A program made the translations under genes and the position numbers. From an uncultured Chitinophagaceae bacterium (GTDB taxonomy: Bacteria; Bacteroidota; Bacteroidia; Chitinophagales; Chitinophagaceae): a DNA stretch of 64,000 nucleotides. Positions 50,045 through 60,060 of the stretch are shown one piece after another. The notes under the pieces were generated by a model. It was given only the letters and a program-made list of their open reading frames with translations, was not told where the DNA came from and did no database searches. The first letter of the stretch is position 1, and each line of letters begins with the position of its first letter. The stretch is from NCBI GenBank assembly GCA_964444195.1, contig CAYUGH010000008.1:939-64938 (forward strand). The letters run 5' to 3'.

Positions 50045-52909
50045 TTACCGGCCGCGAAAGTCGGAATTTTCGCCCATACCTGAACGTTGAGTTGCTGCCG
50101 GCTTCCCAAAATTCCTTAGCGTATAGGTGAATGTAAGCATAAAATATTGTTGTAATACAACCGTTTGAACGTCCTCAATATACAGGGCATCTACGGTACG
50201 GCTTACACTCTGGTTCTGTTTCAGCAGGTCAAATACTGTAATTTTCAACTCGCCTCTTTGCTTTTCCAGGAACTTTTTACCGGCGCTTACATTCCAAAGC
50301 CAGAAGTTCTGGTTGAACCCATCTGCCAAACCCGTGTACACCTGGTTGCTCAAATCGTTCAGCACAAACCAGCCCTTTTTCGTAAGCAGGTTCAGTTTGG
50401 CAGCAACCGTATGTGAGTAGTACTTATTATTGAGATTGGGGTTAAAAGAATTAACCGCATTATTAAAATTGCCGTTATAGCTCAACGTATAGTCAATATA
50501 CTCGCTGATATTGCTTGACAAGGCCAAACCGGCTGTGAAATTGTAATTATTGGTAAAGTTAGAAATATCATTTACCATGCCCGGGGTACGTACATACCCT
50601 ACCCCGCCACTCAGGTTCAGGTTGCTTTTAATGGCTTTAATGGGCAAACCATAGTTGGCAAATGAACGAACGCTCCAATAGCCATCTAAGTTAACAGGCT
50701 TTGAAAACTGGGCCCCTTCGCGAAGCAAAATGCCGTTTTGAATGGTAGAATCCTTTGAAGCCACCCAGGTACCGTTTGTGATATAATCATTTACCTGCTG
50801 GGCAAAAACACCCGCAAATAAACTCTTACCCTTTGCTGCGTTGGTAGAGCCGAACCGTGCAAACAGGAAGTTGGTATAGCTCTGCCCCAAATCGGCATTA
50901 CCACTGGTAAGAAACAATGGGTTGGAGATATTGATCACATTCTGCAGTTGGGTAACGGCCGGCGTATTTACCGAAGCCCGGTACCTCAACCTCAGGTTGG
51001 TTTGCTTGTTGAAATCCTTTCTCCAGTTGATATTTGGCAACCAACTGCTGAAAGATTTATTGATGGTTCCTTTGTATGGAAAGGTTTGCTTGCTTTCCAG
51101 GTCCGTTTGCTGATAGTTAACCCCAACTGAAAATTCACCTTTATCCCTTTTACCAACCCGGTAATTGACACCCGCATTTTGGATTTTGGTAGTATTGTTG
51201 AAAAGATTGCTTTGTGCCGTATCAAATTCGGTGTAATCGCCGGTGGCCTTATCAAACAAAAGGTTACGCTGATCGGCCTTACTATTGATAATTTGCGGAT
51301 TATAATTTACCTGGAGACTACCGTTTTTACCGATGGGTTCGGTGTAGGTAATATTGGTTGACCAGGTGGAACCGTTTGAAACATTAGCGGTCTGTTGCCT
51401 CAAGGTATCGGTTATCAACCCGCCTAATTTGCGCGAGGTGGTTGCTGAATTCAGGATAGCATCCACATCGCGTTTGGTGATATTTGAATTCAGGTTCATG
51501 GATATGCTCCGTCCCCTTTTTGGGAAAGCATGACGATAGGTAAGTTCGTTACGGATATTATAGCCTTCGCTTTCACTTGTTCGGCCATTGAGCGTAGCGT
51601 TAATGAGTTCATCTTCAGAGGTTTTGTTTGCACCCTCCACCAGGCTGTTTCTGTTGTTTTTTTGATAACTTAAGCTCGGGTTATAAATCAGGGTATTACT
51701 TGAATCAATTTTATATTCAAAACGCGCGTTCAGCCTATGGTTAAAGTTTTCCGTGGTACTTTGGTTCTTTTCAGCATAAAACTGGCTGGTATCGCCCAAA
51801 AAAGTTTCACGGTTGGTTTCGGATAATGCTTTGGTGGTGCTGTTATTAAAGAAATAACTTCCCGTTACGGTCATTTTCTTTTTCAGCCAAAGGTCGCTGA
51901 AGTTGATACCAAAAGCATTGGTGGTAGCAATACCCGCCTGTTGCTGGGTAGAAAAGTTTCTTCCACCACCGCCACCAAAACCGCCGCCGCCACGAGGACC
52001 ACCACCACGCTGGCCTCCCTGGTTAGCCTGTCCGTTCACGCCAAGCAGGTCTTCCGCTCCAAAATTTTGCTGGTTTACATTATTAAACAAACCCAGGATA
52101 TTGATCCTGCGGTCTTTATTGAATATATTCACGTTACCACCGGCTGCATACCGGTCGTCGGTCCCGTAGCCGGCATATATCCTGCCGAACTGGCCATTAC
52201 GCATATTGGCCTTGGTTACAATATTCAGGGCCTTTACCTCATTGCCGTCGCTAACCCCGGTCAATTGCGCCTGATCGCTCATCCGGTCAAACACCTGTAT
52301 CTTATCCACGATTTCGGCAGGGAGGTTTCTTAAAGCGGCAGTAGCATCATTTCCAAAATATTCACGGCCATCAATGGTAACTTTTTGTACGGCCTCACCC
52401 TGCGCCATCACCTGCCCGTTTTCAACGGTTATACCCGGCGCCTTACGTACAAGGTCTTCCACGGTTGCATCAGGATTTACCTTTAAGGCTGCTGCGTTTA
52501 TTTCAGTTGTATCTCCTTTCTGGCGGGCAGGCGGCACTTTACCTACAACAGTCACACCACCAAGGGTTTGTTGTTTTTTAAACATTAAAACTTCGCCCAA
52601 ATCCACGTTGGCGCCAGATATTTTTACTGTCTTTCTCGACAAATCGTAACCGGTAAAGGAAAATTCCACAATATATTCCCCATCGCGAACCGGGAGGGAA
52701 AACACACCTTTTTCGTCGGCACTACTCAATCTTTTGCGGGAGGTATCGACCTTAGAGGCTATCGAAATGGTTGCTTTTCCCAAAACGGTGCTACTATCTC
52801 CATCTATAAGGGTTCCGTTAATGCGGTATGGGGCCTGGGCAAAACCCTGAAAGGCAAACCCTGACAAAACAAAAATGAAGACAAAAAGAGCGCGTAAACT
52901 TTGAATCAT
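50045..52909 (-). CDS. TonB-dependent-receptor-like outer-membrane beta-barrel with an N-terminal carboxypeptidase-regulatory-like domain
   Basis: 954 aa. Signal peptide, CarbopepD_reg-like N-terminus, plug-like region, Gly-rich linker and a long beta-barrel. Confidence 0.55.
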   Translation of the reverse strand: MIQSLRALFVFIFVLSGFAFQGFAQAPYRINGTLIDGDSSTVLGKATISIASKVDTSRKRLSSADEKGVFSLPVRDGEYIVEFSFTGYDLSRKTVKISGANVDLGEVLMFKKQQTLGGVTVVGKVPPARQKGDTTEINAAALKVNPDATVEDLVRKAPGITVENGQVMAQGEAVQKVTIDGREYFGNDATAALRNLPAEIVDKIQVFDRMSDQAQLTGVSDGNEVKALNIVTKANMRNGQFGRIYAGYGTDDRYAAGGNVNIFNKDRRINILGLFNNVNQQNFGAEDLLGVNGQANQGGQRGGGPRGGGGFGGGGGRNFSTQQQAGIATTNAFGINFSDLWLKKKMTVTGSYFFNNSTTKALSETNRETFLGDTSQFYAEKNQSTTENFNHRLNARFEYKIDSSNTLIYNPSLSYQKNNRNSLVEGANKTSEDELINATLNGRTSESEGYNIRNELTYRHAFPKRGRSISMNLNSNITKRDVDAILNSATTSRKLGGLITDTLRQQTANVSNGSTWSTNITYTEPIGKNGSLQVNYNPQIINSKADQRNLLFDKATGDYTEFDTAQSNLFNNTTKIQNAGVNYRVGKRDKGEFSVGVNYQQTDLESKQTFPYKGTINKSFSSWLPNINWRKDFNKQTNLRLRYRASVNTPAVTQLQNVINISNPLFLTSGNADLGQSYTNFLFARFGSTNAAKGKSLFAGVFAQQVNDYITNGTWVASKDSTIQNGILLREGAQFSKPVNLDGYWSVRSFANYGLPIKAIKSNLNLSGGVGYVRTPGMVNDISNFTNNYNFTAGLALSSNISEYIDYTLSYNGNFNNAVNSFNPNLNNKYYSHTVAAKLNLLTKKGWFVLNDLSNQVYTGLADGFNQNFWLWNVSAGKKFLEKQRGELKITVFDLLKQNQSVSRTVDALYIEDVQTVVLQQYFMLTFTYTLRNFGKPAATQRSGMGENSDFRGR

Positions 52910-53043
52910 AACGGCTATGTGACGCCCGGAACAGCCCGAACCTTCGTAGTAGGTCTAAAAGCTGGTTAAGAAATTGTTATTGTTGAAATTTGGAGCCAAG
53001 CCGCAACGGAACAAATACATTTGCAATTCAATAAAAAGAGCCC

Positions 53044-53925
53044 ATGAGCAAAGTAAAAATTGGCCTGGTACAAATGACTTGTACGGCAGATAAGGCCGAA
53101 AACCTGGCGAAAGCCATCGAAAAAACACGTGAAGCAGCCGCAAAAGGCGCTCAAATTGTGTGTTTGCAGGAACTTTTTACCAGCCTTTATTTTTGCGATG
53201 AAGAAAACTACGACCATTTTCAGCTTGCTGAACCCATACCCGGACCCAGCACAGAAGCCTTGCAAAAGGTTGCGGGCGAACTGAATGTGGTGATCATAGC
53301 CAGCCTTTTTGAGAAACGCGCACAAGGATTATATCACAATACTACCGCAGTAATTGATGCCGACGGAAGCTACCTGGGCAAATACCGCAAAATGCATATC
53401 CCCGATGATCCCGCTTATTACGAAAAGTTTTATTTCACCCCGGGCGACCTTGGTTATAAGGTCTGGAAAACCCGTTATGCCACTTTTGGTGTGCTCATTT
53501 GCTGGGATCAATGGTACCCCGAAGCTGCCCGCATTACCAGCCTGATGGGCGCCGAAATCCTTTTTTACCCCACCGCCATAGGTTGGGCCACCAGCCAGGA
53601 CGCCACCACCAACGAGGAACAATACAATGCCTGGCAAACCATTCAGCGCAGCCATGCCGTAGCCAATGGCGTGCACGTGGTAAGTGTAAACCGGGTTGGG
53701 TTTGAGCAGGAAGGCCGCATGAAATTTTGGGGCGGCAGTTTTGTAAGCAATCCTTTTGGCAGCCTCATGTATAAAGCAAGCCACGACCAGGAGGAAACCA
53801 CTATTGTGGAAATAGATACTACAAAAACCGACCAGTACCGCACCCATTGGCCTTTTTTAAGGGACAGGAGGATTGACAGCTATGATCCAATTACAAAACG
53901 ATACATTGACACTGAACATTTATAA
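53044..53925 (+). CDS. aguB: N-carbamoylputrescine amidase (carbon-nitrogen hydrolase family)
   Basis: CN-hydrolase catalytic triad context (E in QELF; K; C in LICWDQWYPE). Adjacent to agmatine deiminase. Confidence 0.75.
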   Translation: MSKVKIGLVQMTCTADKAENLAKAIEKTREAAAKGAQIVCLQELFTSLYFCDEENYDHFQLAEPIPGPSTEALQKVAGELNVVIIASLFEKRAQGLYHNTTAVIDADGSYLGKYRKMHIPDDPAYYEKFYFTPGDLGYKVWKTRYATFGVLICWDQWYPEAARITSLMGAEILFYPTAIGWATSQDATTNEEQYNAWQTIQRSHAVANGVHVVSVNRVGFEQEGRMKFWGGSFVSNPFGSLMYKASHDQEETTIVEIDTTKTDQYRTHWPFLRDRRIDSYDPITKRYIDTEHL

Positions 53926-53928
53926 AAT

Positions 53929-54966
53929 ATGACTCCCAAACAACTTGGCTATTATTTTCCAGCCGAATTTGCCCCACACGAAGCCACCTGGCTTAGCTGG
54001 CCGCATAAGGAAGCAAGCTGGCCCGATAAGATACAGGCCATTTTTCCCTATTACGCCGAGTTTGTAAAATACCTTGCATGGAGTGAAAAAGTGCGTATTA
54101 ATGTGGCCAATGAAGCCATGAAAGCCTTTGCGCTTGGTCATCTTGAGAAAGCGGGTGTTAACCTGGCGCAGGTGGAATTTTTCTTTCACCCCACCAACGA
54201 TGCCTGGTGCCGCGACCATGGCCCGGCCTTTTTGCTCCATAAAACCGAAGCTAAAAAAGCCATTGTGGATTGGGGATATAACGCCTGGGGAAACAAATAC
54301 CCTCCTTTTGACCTGGACGATGTAGTACCCACCCTGATAGGAAAACATTTTGGCCTCGAAGTTTTTCACCCGGGAATCGTAATGGAAGGTGGTTCGGTGG
54401 AGTTTAACGGCAAGGGCACTATTTTAACTAGTACCGCCTGTCTTCTTAATGAAAACCGCAACCCAAACCTAAACCGGGAACAGATTGAGCAATTCCTTTG
54501 CAATTACTACGGGCAGGAGCAGGTGCTTTGGGTGGATGAGGGTATAATAGGTGATGATACAGACGGGCATATAGATGACACCGTTCGTTTTGTAAATGAA
54601 GACACTGTAATTGCAGTGGTGGAAGATAACAGGAACGATGAAAACCATGCCTTGCTGCAACAGAACCTGGAACAACTGAAAGCCATGCGCTTGCATACCG
54701 GTAAACAATTGAATATCATTGAGTTACCAATGCCTGATTTTATTGAATGGGAAGAACAAAGGCTGCCTGCAAGCTATGCCAACTACTATATCAGCAACAA
54801 GTATGTGATCGTACCAACCTTCCGCTCAAAAAAAGATGATATTGCCCTGCAGATCATTCAATCGGCCCACCCGGAACGTAAAGTGGTGGGGATTGACAGT
54901 ACCGAGATCATTTGGGGATTGGGAAGTTTTCATTGTTTGAGCCAGCAGGAACCTGCGGTGGTTTGA
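53929..54966 (+). CDS. aguA: Agmatine deiminase
   Basis: 345 aa. The C-terminal catalytic Cys in GSFHCLSQQEP is the family signature. Confidence 0.8.
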   Translation: MTPKQLGYYFPAEFAPHEATWLSWPHKEASWPDKIQAIFPYYAEFVKYLAWSEKVRINVANEAMKAFALGHLEKAGVNLAQVEFFFHPTNDAWCRDHGPAFLLHKTEAKKAIVDWGYNAWGNKYPPFDLDDVVPTLIGKHFGLEVFHPGIVMEGGSVEFNGKGTILTSTACLLNENRNPNLNREQIEQFLCNYYGQEQVLWVDEGIIGDDTDGHIDDTVRFVNEDTVIAVVEDNRNDENHALLQQNLEQLKAMRLHTGKQLNIIELPMPDFIEWEEQRLPASYANYYISNKYVIVPTFRSKKDDIALQIIQSAHPERKVVGIDSTEIIWGLGSFHCLSQQEPAVV

Positions 54967-55006
54967 TAAAATGGTTTTGTACATTTATACTTCAAAAGAT
55001 TTTGCG

Positions 55007-55618
55007 ATGGAAAACTTTGTTAGTGAACCTGCAGTTGCCTATGGCAATCGATATTCAGAGGAAGAATATCTGAACATGCAATGGGAAAACGGGAACCGCT
55101 ATGAATATTTGGATGGTAAATTGGTTGCCATGGCTGGTGCAACCTTAAACCACAACAGATTGGTTGGAAATTTTAATATGGCATTAAAGGGTGCTAAGAA
55201 GGGAAATGGAAAAGATTGCGACTCATTTTTTCTTGATGCACTATTGGGTATTAAAAACCGGAAAACCTATTTTCTACCTGACCTCGTATTAACCTGTGAC
55301 GAAAATGATCTCAAAGAAGACAGGATTATTTTTAATCCTACACTTATTACAGAGGTTTTAAGTGAAAGTACCGAATTATACGACAGAACTAAAAAGTGGG
55401 AAATTTACAGGCGAATTCCATCTCTACGATACTATATTATGGTAAGCCAGAAAGAATATCATATTGATATGTACCAGCGGTCGAATGAACAATCCTTATT
55501 CTATTTTCAGTCTTTTGATGGTGCAGATGCAATAATTTCGCTTAAGGACCTTGGGCTGGAAATTAGCCTGATAACCCTCTACAAAGGCATTCAATTTGTA
55601 TCACCTGAATCTGTATAG
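55007..55618 (+). CDS. Uma2-family (DUF820) restriction-endonuclease-like protein
   Basis: PD-(D/E)xK-like core. Length and pattern are typical of Uma2. The start is at MENFVSEP, whereas the ORF track begins at 54971. Confidence 0.55.
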   Translation: MENFVSEPAVAYGNRYSEEEYLNMQWENGNRYEYLDGKLVAMAGATLNHNRLVGNFNMALKGAKKGNGKDCDSFFLDALLGIKNRKTYFLPDLVLTCDENDLKEDRIIFNPTLITEVLSESTELYDRTKKWEIYRRIPSLRYYIMVSQKEYHIDMYQRSNEQSLFYFQSFDGADAIISLKDLGLEISLITLYKGIQFVSPESV

Positions 55619-55719
55619 AATATATAAAAGAAAATTTTCCCTTTTGCAACTAAGGGTTTCTTTTAATTAAAATCCTCCTACATTAGCTAATTGGAAAATT
55701 TTTTAATAAAAATTCAAGT

Positions 55720-56676
55720 ATGAAAAAAATCGGGGTACTGTTTGGAAAGGAAAGAACCTTCCCTACCGCAGTTATAGAACGCATTAACAGCAAAGGAGTG
55801 GAAGGAATTATCGCTGAACCTGTTCGCATTGATAAGGTACAACAGGGCGAAGATTCGGGTTATGCAGTTATTATTGACCGCATTTCGCAGGATGTTCCTT
55901 TTTACCGTGCTTTCCTGAAAAATGCTGCCATAAGCGGCACTGCGGTAATCAATAATCCCTTTTGGTGGAGCGCTGATGAAAAGTTTTTCAACAATGCTTT
56001 GGCCACTAAAATAAATGTTCCGGTTCCCAAAACGGTTATCCTCCCTTCCTACGAATTGCCAACCGATACAAGCGGCGAAAGCTTTTCAAACCTGGCTTTC
56101 CCTATGGATTGGCAGGGCATTTTTGATTATGTTGGTTTTCCCGCTTATATGAAACCTTATGCAGGCGGTGGCTGGAAAAACGTGTACAAACTGGAAAACC
56201 TGGATGCATTTTACGAAAAGCACCCCGAAACCGAGCAACTGGTGATGCTTTTGCAGGAAGAAATAAAGTTTGATGAATATTACCGTTGTTACTGCATAGG
56301 CGGCAAGCATGTGCGCATTATGCCATACGAACCCCGCAACCCGCATCATTTGCGCTATGTAGCCGATTTTTCGCCAAGCCCCGAGCGTTATGCACTTATG
56401 GAAGACATAGTGATCCGCATTAATAAATACTTAGGCTACGATTTCAATACGGTTGAACTGGCACTGCGCGATGGAGTACCTTATGCTATTGATTTCTGCA
56501 ACCCCGCGCCTGATGCCGACCGCCCAAGTGTAGGTGAAGAAAACTTTAATTGGGTAATTGAAACAGCAGCCAACTATGCCATTGAGCGTGCCCTTGCACA
56601 GGTTCCCGGACAGGACAACCTGACCTGGGGTGAGTATGTGCAGCGTAGCGCCGATAAAAAAAATCTGTATCCATAA
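55720..56676 (+). CDS. ATP-grasp-fold protein (family unassigned)
   Basis: 318 aa. A central Gly-rich loop (KPYAGGGWKNVYK) and downstream Mg/ATP-binding acidic residues are consistent with an ATP-grasp fold. Confidence 0.5.
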   Translation: MKKIGVLFGKERTFPTAVIERINSKGVEGIIAEPVRIDKVQQGEDSGYAVIIDRISQDVPFYRAFLKNAAISGTAVINNPFWWSADEKFFNNALATKINVPVPKTVILPSYELPTDTSGESFSNLAFPMDWQGIFDYVGFPAYMKPYAGGGWKNVYKLENLDAFYEKHPETEQLVMLLQEEIKFDEYYRCYCIGGKHVRIMPYEPRNPHHLRYVADFSPSPERYALMEDIVIRINKYLGYDFNTVELALRDGVPYAIDFCNPAPDADRPSVGEENFNWVIETAANYAIERALAQVPGQDNLTWGEYVQRSADKKNLYP

Positions 56677-56787
56677 AAGAACAAGTTGTTATTAAGCCCC
56701 ACTAATCCGGCTTCGGTTTTCCGGGGCCGGATTTTTTAGGCAATTATTTTTAACCTATTTTGCTCCCTGCTCAGAAAAAACAAACTT

Positions 56788-57894
56788 ATGGGAATCCACT
56801 ACAACCACTTTACGCTCGGGATTGAGGAAGAATTCATGGTGATTGACCCGGTGACTAAGGAACTGAAAAGCCACGAACAGAAAATTGTTTCCGAAGGCCA
56901 CAAAATACTAAAGGACAAGGTAAAAGCCGAAATGCACCAGGCAGTGGTAGAGGTTGGAACCGATATTTGCCGCGATGCCGAGGAAGCATATAAAGATGTA
57001 TTTCAGCTCAGGCAAACCATTAAATCCATTTCCGGTTCGCTCGGGCTTTCAGTTGGTGCATCGGGAACCCACCCTTTCAGCCATTGGCAAAGCCAAATGA
57101 TTACCGATCATGTGCGGTACAACGAACTGATTGACGAATTGCAGGAGGCCGCAAGAAGCAACCTTATTTTTGGTTTGCATGTGCACGTAGGCATGGAAAA
57201 CCGCGACCTGGCCATGCATATTGCCAACAGCGCCCGCTACTTTTTACCGCATGTGTATGCATTAAGCACCAATTCCCCTTTTTGGGAAGGACGGAAAACA
57301 GGGTATAAATCATTCAGGAGCAAGGTGTTCGATAAGTTCCCCCGCACCGGGCTGCCCGAAAACTTTGACAATATTGAAAGCTATGACCGCTTTGTAAACA
57401 TTCTGATAAAAACTGGATGTATTGATAATGCCAAAAAGATCTGGTGGGACCTTAGGGTGCATCCTTTCTTTAATACGGTTGAATTCAGGATTTGCGATGT
57501 GCCTATGACCGTAAAGGAAACCATAGCCATAGCTGCACTTTTCCAGGCAATATGTGCCAAATTGTACAAGCTGCGCAGTCAGAACCTCAATTTTATTATT
57601 TACCCCAAACCGCTTGTGATGGAAAATAAATTCCGCGCCAGCCGGTATGGCATTGATGGATTGATGATAGACTTTGGTAAAGAAATCGAAGTAAATACCC
57701 GCGCACTGATACTTGAATTACTTGATTTTGTGGACGATGTGGTGGACCATCTCGGAAGCCGTTTCGCCATCAATTGGGTGCATGAAATGCTGGCAACAGG
57801 AACAGGGGCCGACAGGCAACTTGCTGTTTATAAAGCCACCAATGAAGACCTGGTAAAAGTGACAGAGTATATTGAATCAAGTTTTTTGAGCTGA
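56788..57894 (+). CDS. YbdK-type carboxylate-amine ligase (GCS2 family)
   Basis: The N-terminal FTLGIEEEFMVID and overall length are diagnostic of GCS2/YbdK. Confidence 0.75.
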   Translation: MGIHYNHFTLGIEEEFMVIDPVTKELKSHEQKIVSEGHKILKDKVKAEMHQAVVEVGTDICRDAEEAYKDVFQLRQTIKSISGSLGLSVGASGTHPFSHWQSQMITDHVRYNELIDELQEAARSNLIFGLHVHVGMENRDLAMHIANSARYFLPHVYALSTNSPFWEGRKTGYKSFRSKVFDKFPRTGLPENFDNIESYDRFVNILIKTGCIDNAKKIWWDLRVHPFFNTVEFRICDVPMTVKETIAIAALFQAICAKLYKLRSQNLNFIIYPKPLVMENKFRASRYGIDGLMIDFGKEIEVNTRALILELLDFVDDVVDHLGSRFAINWVHEMLATGTGADRQLAVYKATNEDLVKVTEYIESSFLS

Positions 57895-57926
57895 TTATTT
57901 TTGTTGACCATAACAAAAAGCAAAAA

Positions 57927-57957
57927 GGGCTTCCACACCGGGAAGCCTTTTTTGTTT
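57927..57957 (+). terminator. Rho-independent terminator after the GCS2 gene
   Basis: GGCTTCC-ACACCG-GGAAGCC stem followed by TTTTTTGTTT. Confidence 0.65.
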
Positions 57958-58236
57958 ATAAGGATTACTAAGATTTTACTTTAACCATATGCATAAAGGA
58001 GGTTTTTCAAGTTTTAGATTTAATTCTAAATTCACTGTATAAATTTGAAGAATACCTTAATTTTAATTGTAAAAACCACAAATAATTATATTTACCTATA
58101 CGCAGTAAGAAAACAAGGATAAAAATTTTATAACGGTTAAGTTGTCCAGGTTTTGGCATTCATTCCGAAGTTTGGACATTAATTACGGGTAGCAAAAAGG
58201 AGATTTCCTATTTTTGCCCATAACATTACATTAACA

Positions 58237-59061
58237 ATGTTAAAAATCGCAATTCTCGACTTATATGAAGGCCATGCCAACCAGGGCATGCGTTGTATTA
58301 GGGAAATAATAACCGGATTTGGGGCAGTGGAAGGTATCCGCGTAACCTTTGATGAATTTGATGTAAGGCAAAAACTGGAAGTGCCTGGCCTCGATTATGA
58401 CCTGTATATAAGTAGTGGCGGCCCCGGCAGTCCCCTTGAAACCGAAGGCAGCGAATGGGAGGCCCAATATTTTACCTGGTTCAGCAACCTTGAAAAATAC
58501 AACGCCAACCCTTTAAACCACCGCAAAAGACCTGCATTCTTCATCTGCCACAGTTTTCAGCTTATTTGCAGGCATTATGGCGTAGCCACGGTAAACAAAA
58601 GAAAATCTACCTCATTTGGTGTTTTTCCCGTCCATCCTATCATTGAAATGGATACCGAACCGGTTTTTATAGGGTTGAAAGACCCGTTTTACGCGGTGGA
58701 TAGCCGCGATTACCAGGTAATTGAGCCCAATCATAAGCGTTTGCGCGAAATGGGCGCCCGGATTTTATGCATCGAAAAGGACCGCCCGCATGTGCCGCTC
58801 GAAAGGGCCATCATGAGCATCCGCTTTAACCCCTGGATGGTGGGCACACAATTTCACCCCGAGGCAGATGCCATCGGTATGAGCATGTACCTTCAAACCG
58901 AAGAAAAAAAGCAAACCGTAATTGCCACACACGGCGAGGAGAAATGGAAAAGCATGATTGAACACCTGGAAGACCCCGACAAAATATTATTCACACAAAA
59001 CCATGTGCTGCCCAATTTTTTGAAAGAAGCGCTCGGGATACTTCAACCGGCAATGGCATAA
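58237..59061 (+). CDS. Class-I glutamine amidotransferase-like protein (PuuD/C26-like hydrolase family)
   Basis: Nucleophile elbow FFICHSFQL (G-x-C-x-G-like). The His/Glu motif GTQFHPE. Confidence 0.65.
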   Translation: MLKIAILDLYEGHANQGMRCIREIITGFGAVEGIRVTFDEFDVRQKLEVPGLDYDLYISSGGPGSPLETEGSEWEAQYFTWFSNLEKYNANPLNHRKRPAFFICHSFQLICRHYGVATVNKRKSTSFGVFPVHPIIEMDTEPVFIGLKDPFYAVDSRDYQVIEPNHKRLREMGARILCIEKDRPHVPLERAIMSIRFNPWMVGTQFHPEADAIGMSMYLQTEEKKQTVIATHGEEKWKSMIEHLEDPDKILFTQNHVLPNFLKEALGILQPAMA

Positions 59062-59071
59062 TCAATTACTT

Positions 59072-59767
59072 TTGCTCCCGCTATTCAGGCGTTTGTGTAT
59101 GCTTCGAAAAATTTGGTGGAAAATCCTCACGGTCCTATTATTATTATATGCCTTTATCGGAGGGCTGCTGATGCCTGTTCCGGCAAGACCTATTGTAAAT
59201 GAAAGTATCAGGAACCTGTACTACCATGTTCCCATGTGGTTTGGCATGATGGCCATTATGACAACAAGCGTGGTAAACGCCATCCGGTACCTGAGGACCA
59301 CCCGTTTAACCTATGACATTTATTCTTCAAAATACGGGGCTACCGGCATGGTACTTGGTCTTTTGGGGCTTATAACCGGCGCCACCTGGGCCAATTATAC
59401 CTGGGGAGCGCCCTGGAGCAACGACATCAAGCAAATACTGGCTGCCATTGCCCTGCTGATTTATGCGGCTTATTTTATTCTCAGGTCGTCCATTGAAGAT
59501 ATCGATAAAAAAGCAAGGGTAAGCGCCGTGTACAACATTTTTGCTTACACCATGCTATTCCCTACCCTGTTTATTATTCCGCGCCTGTACGACAGCCTGC
59601 ATCCCGGCGGCGAAGGCAACCCCGCCATGAGCCAGGATGATATAGACCCTGTAATGCGGATGGTATTTTGGCCCGCTGTATTAGGCTGGACACTCCTCGG
59701 CGTTTGGATCACCACCCTCTTTATCCGCTTACAAAAAATAAAAGACAAAAACATATTGCATGCGTAA
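59072..59767 (+). CDS. Cytochrome c biogenesis heme-handling protein (CcsA/CcmC-like, W-rich motif)
   Basis: Multi-TM. Trp-rich WANYTWGAPWSNDIKQ segment. Confidence 0.55.
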   Translation: MLPLFRRLCMLRKIWWKILTVLLLLYAFIGGLLMPVPARPIVNESIRNLYYHVPMWFGMMAIMTTSVVNAIRYLRTTRLTYDIYSSKYGATGMVLGLLGLITGATWANYTWGAPWSNDIKQILAAIALLIYAAYFILRSSIEDIDKKARVSAVYNIFAYTMLFPTLFIIPRLYDSLHPGGEGNPAMSQDDIDPVMRMVFWPAVLGWTLLGVWITTLFIRLQKIKDKNILHA

Positions 59768-59987
59768 ATATATTTTCTTTTTCATGGTAACTATGATCTT
59801 TTCAGCGCTCAACCTGGTGTATGCGCAGGATAACAAACCGGTTCAGATGGCCGATGCTATGAGAAGCAATGGAAAAATATTTGTAGTGGTGGCAGTTATC
59901 GTCATACTGTTTGCCGGCCTCGTGCTTTACCTGGTATCTCTTGACAAAAAAATAACAAAGCTTGAGCGGGAAACCAACAATGGTTAG
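59760..59987 (+). CDS. CcmD-family small membrane protein
   Basis: 75 aa with one TM helix. It overlaps the CcsA-like gene stop by 8 bp. Confidence 0.45.
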   Translation: MRKYIFFFMVTMIFSALNLVYAQDNKPVQMADAMRSNGKIFVVVAVIVILFAGLVLYLVSLDKKITKLERETNNG

Positions 59988-60060
59988 TCACAAATTGCGC
60001 TTTTCTTTGTACTCTTGCGACCGATTTCAACGATTGCTTTTACCAATAAATTAATTTATT

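Noticed and set aside
51940-52030. GC-rich repetitive stretch (GGTGGTGG... / CCACCACC...) that could be mistaken for a tandem DNA repeat
   Set aside because: It encodes the Gly-rich linker GGQRGGGPRGGGGFGGGGG of the TonB-dependent-receptor-like protein. It is protein low complexity, not an intergenic repeat element.
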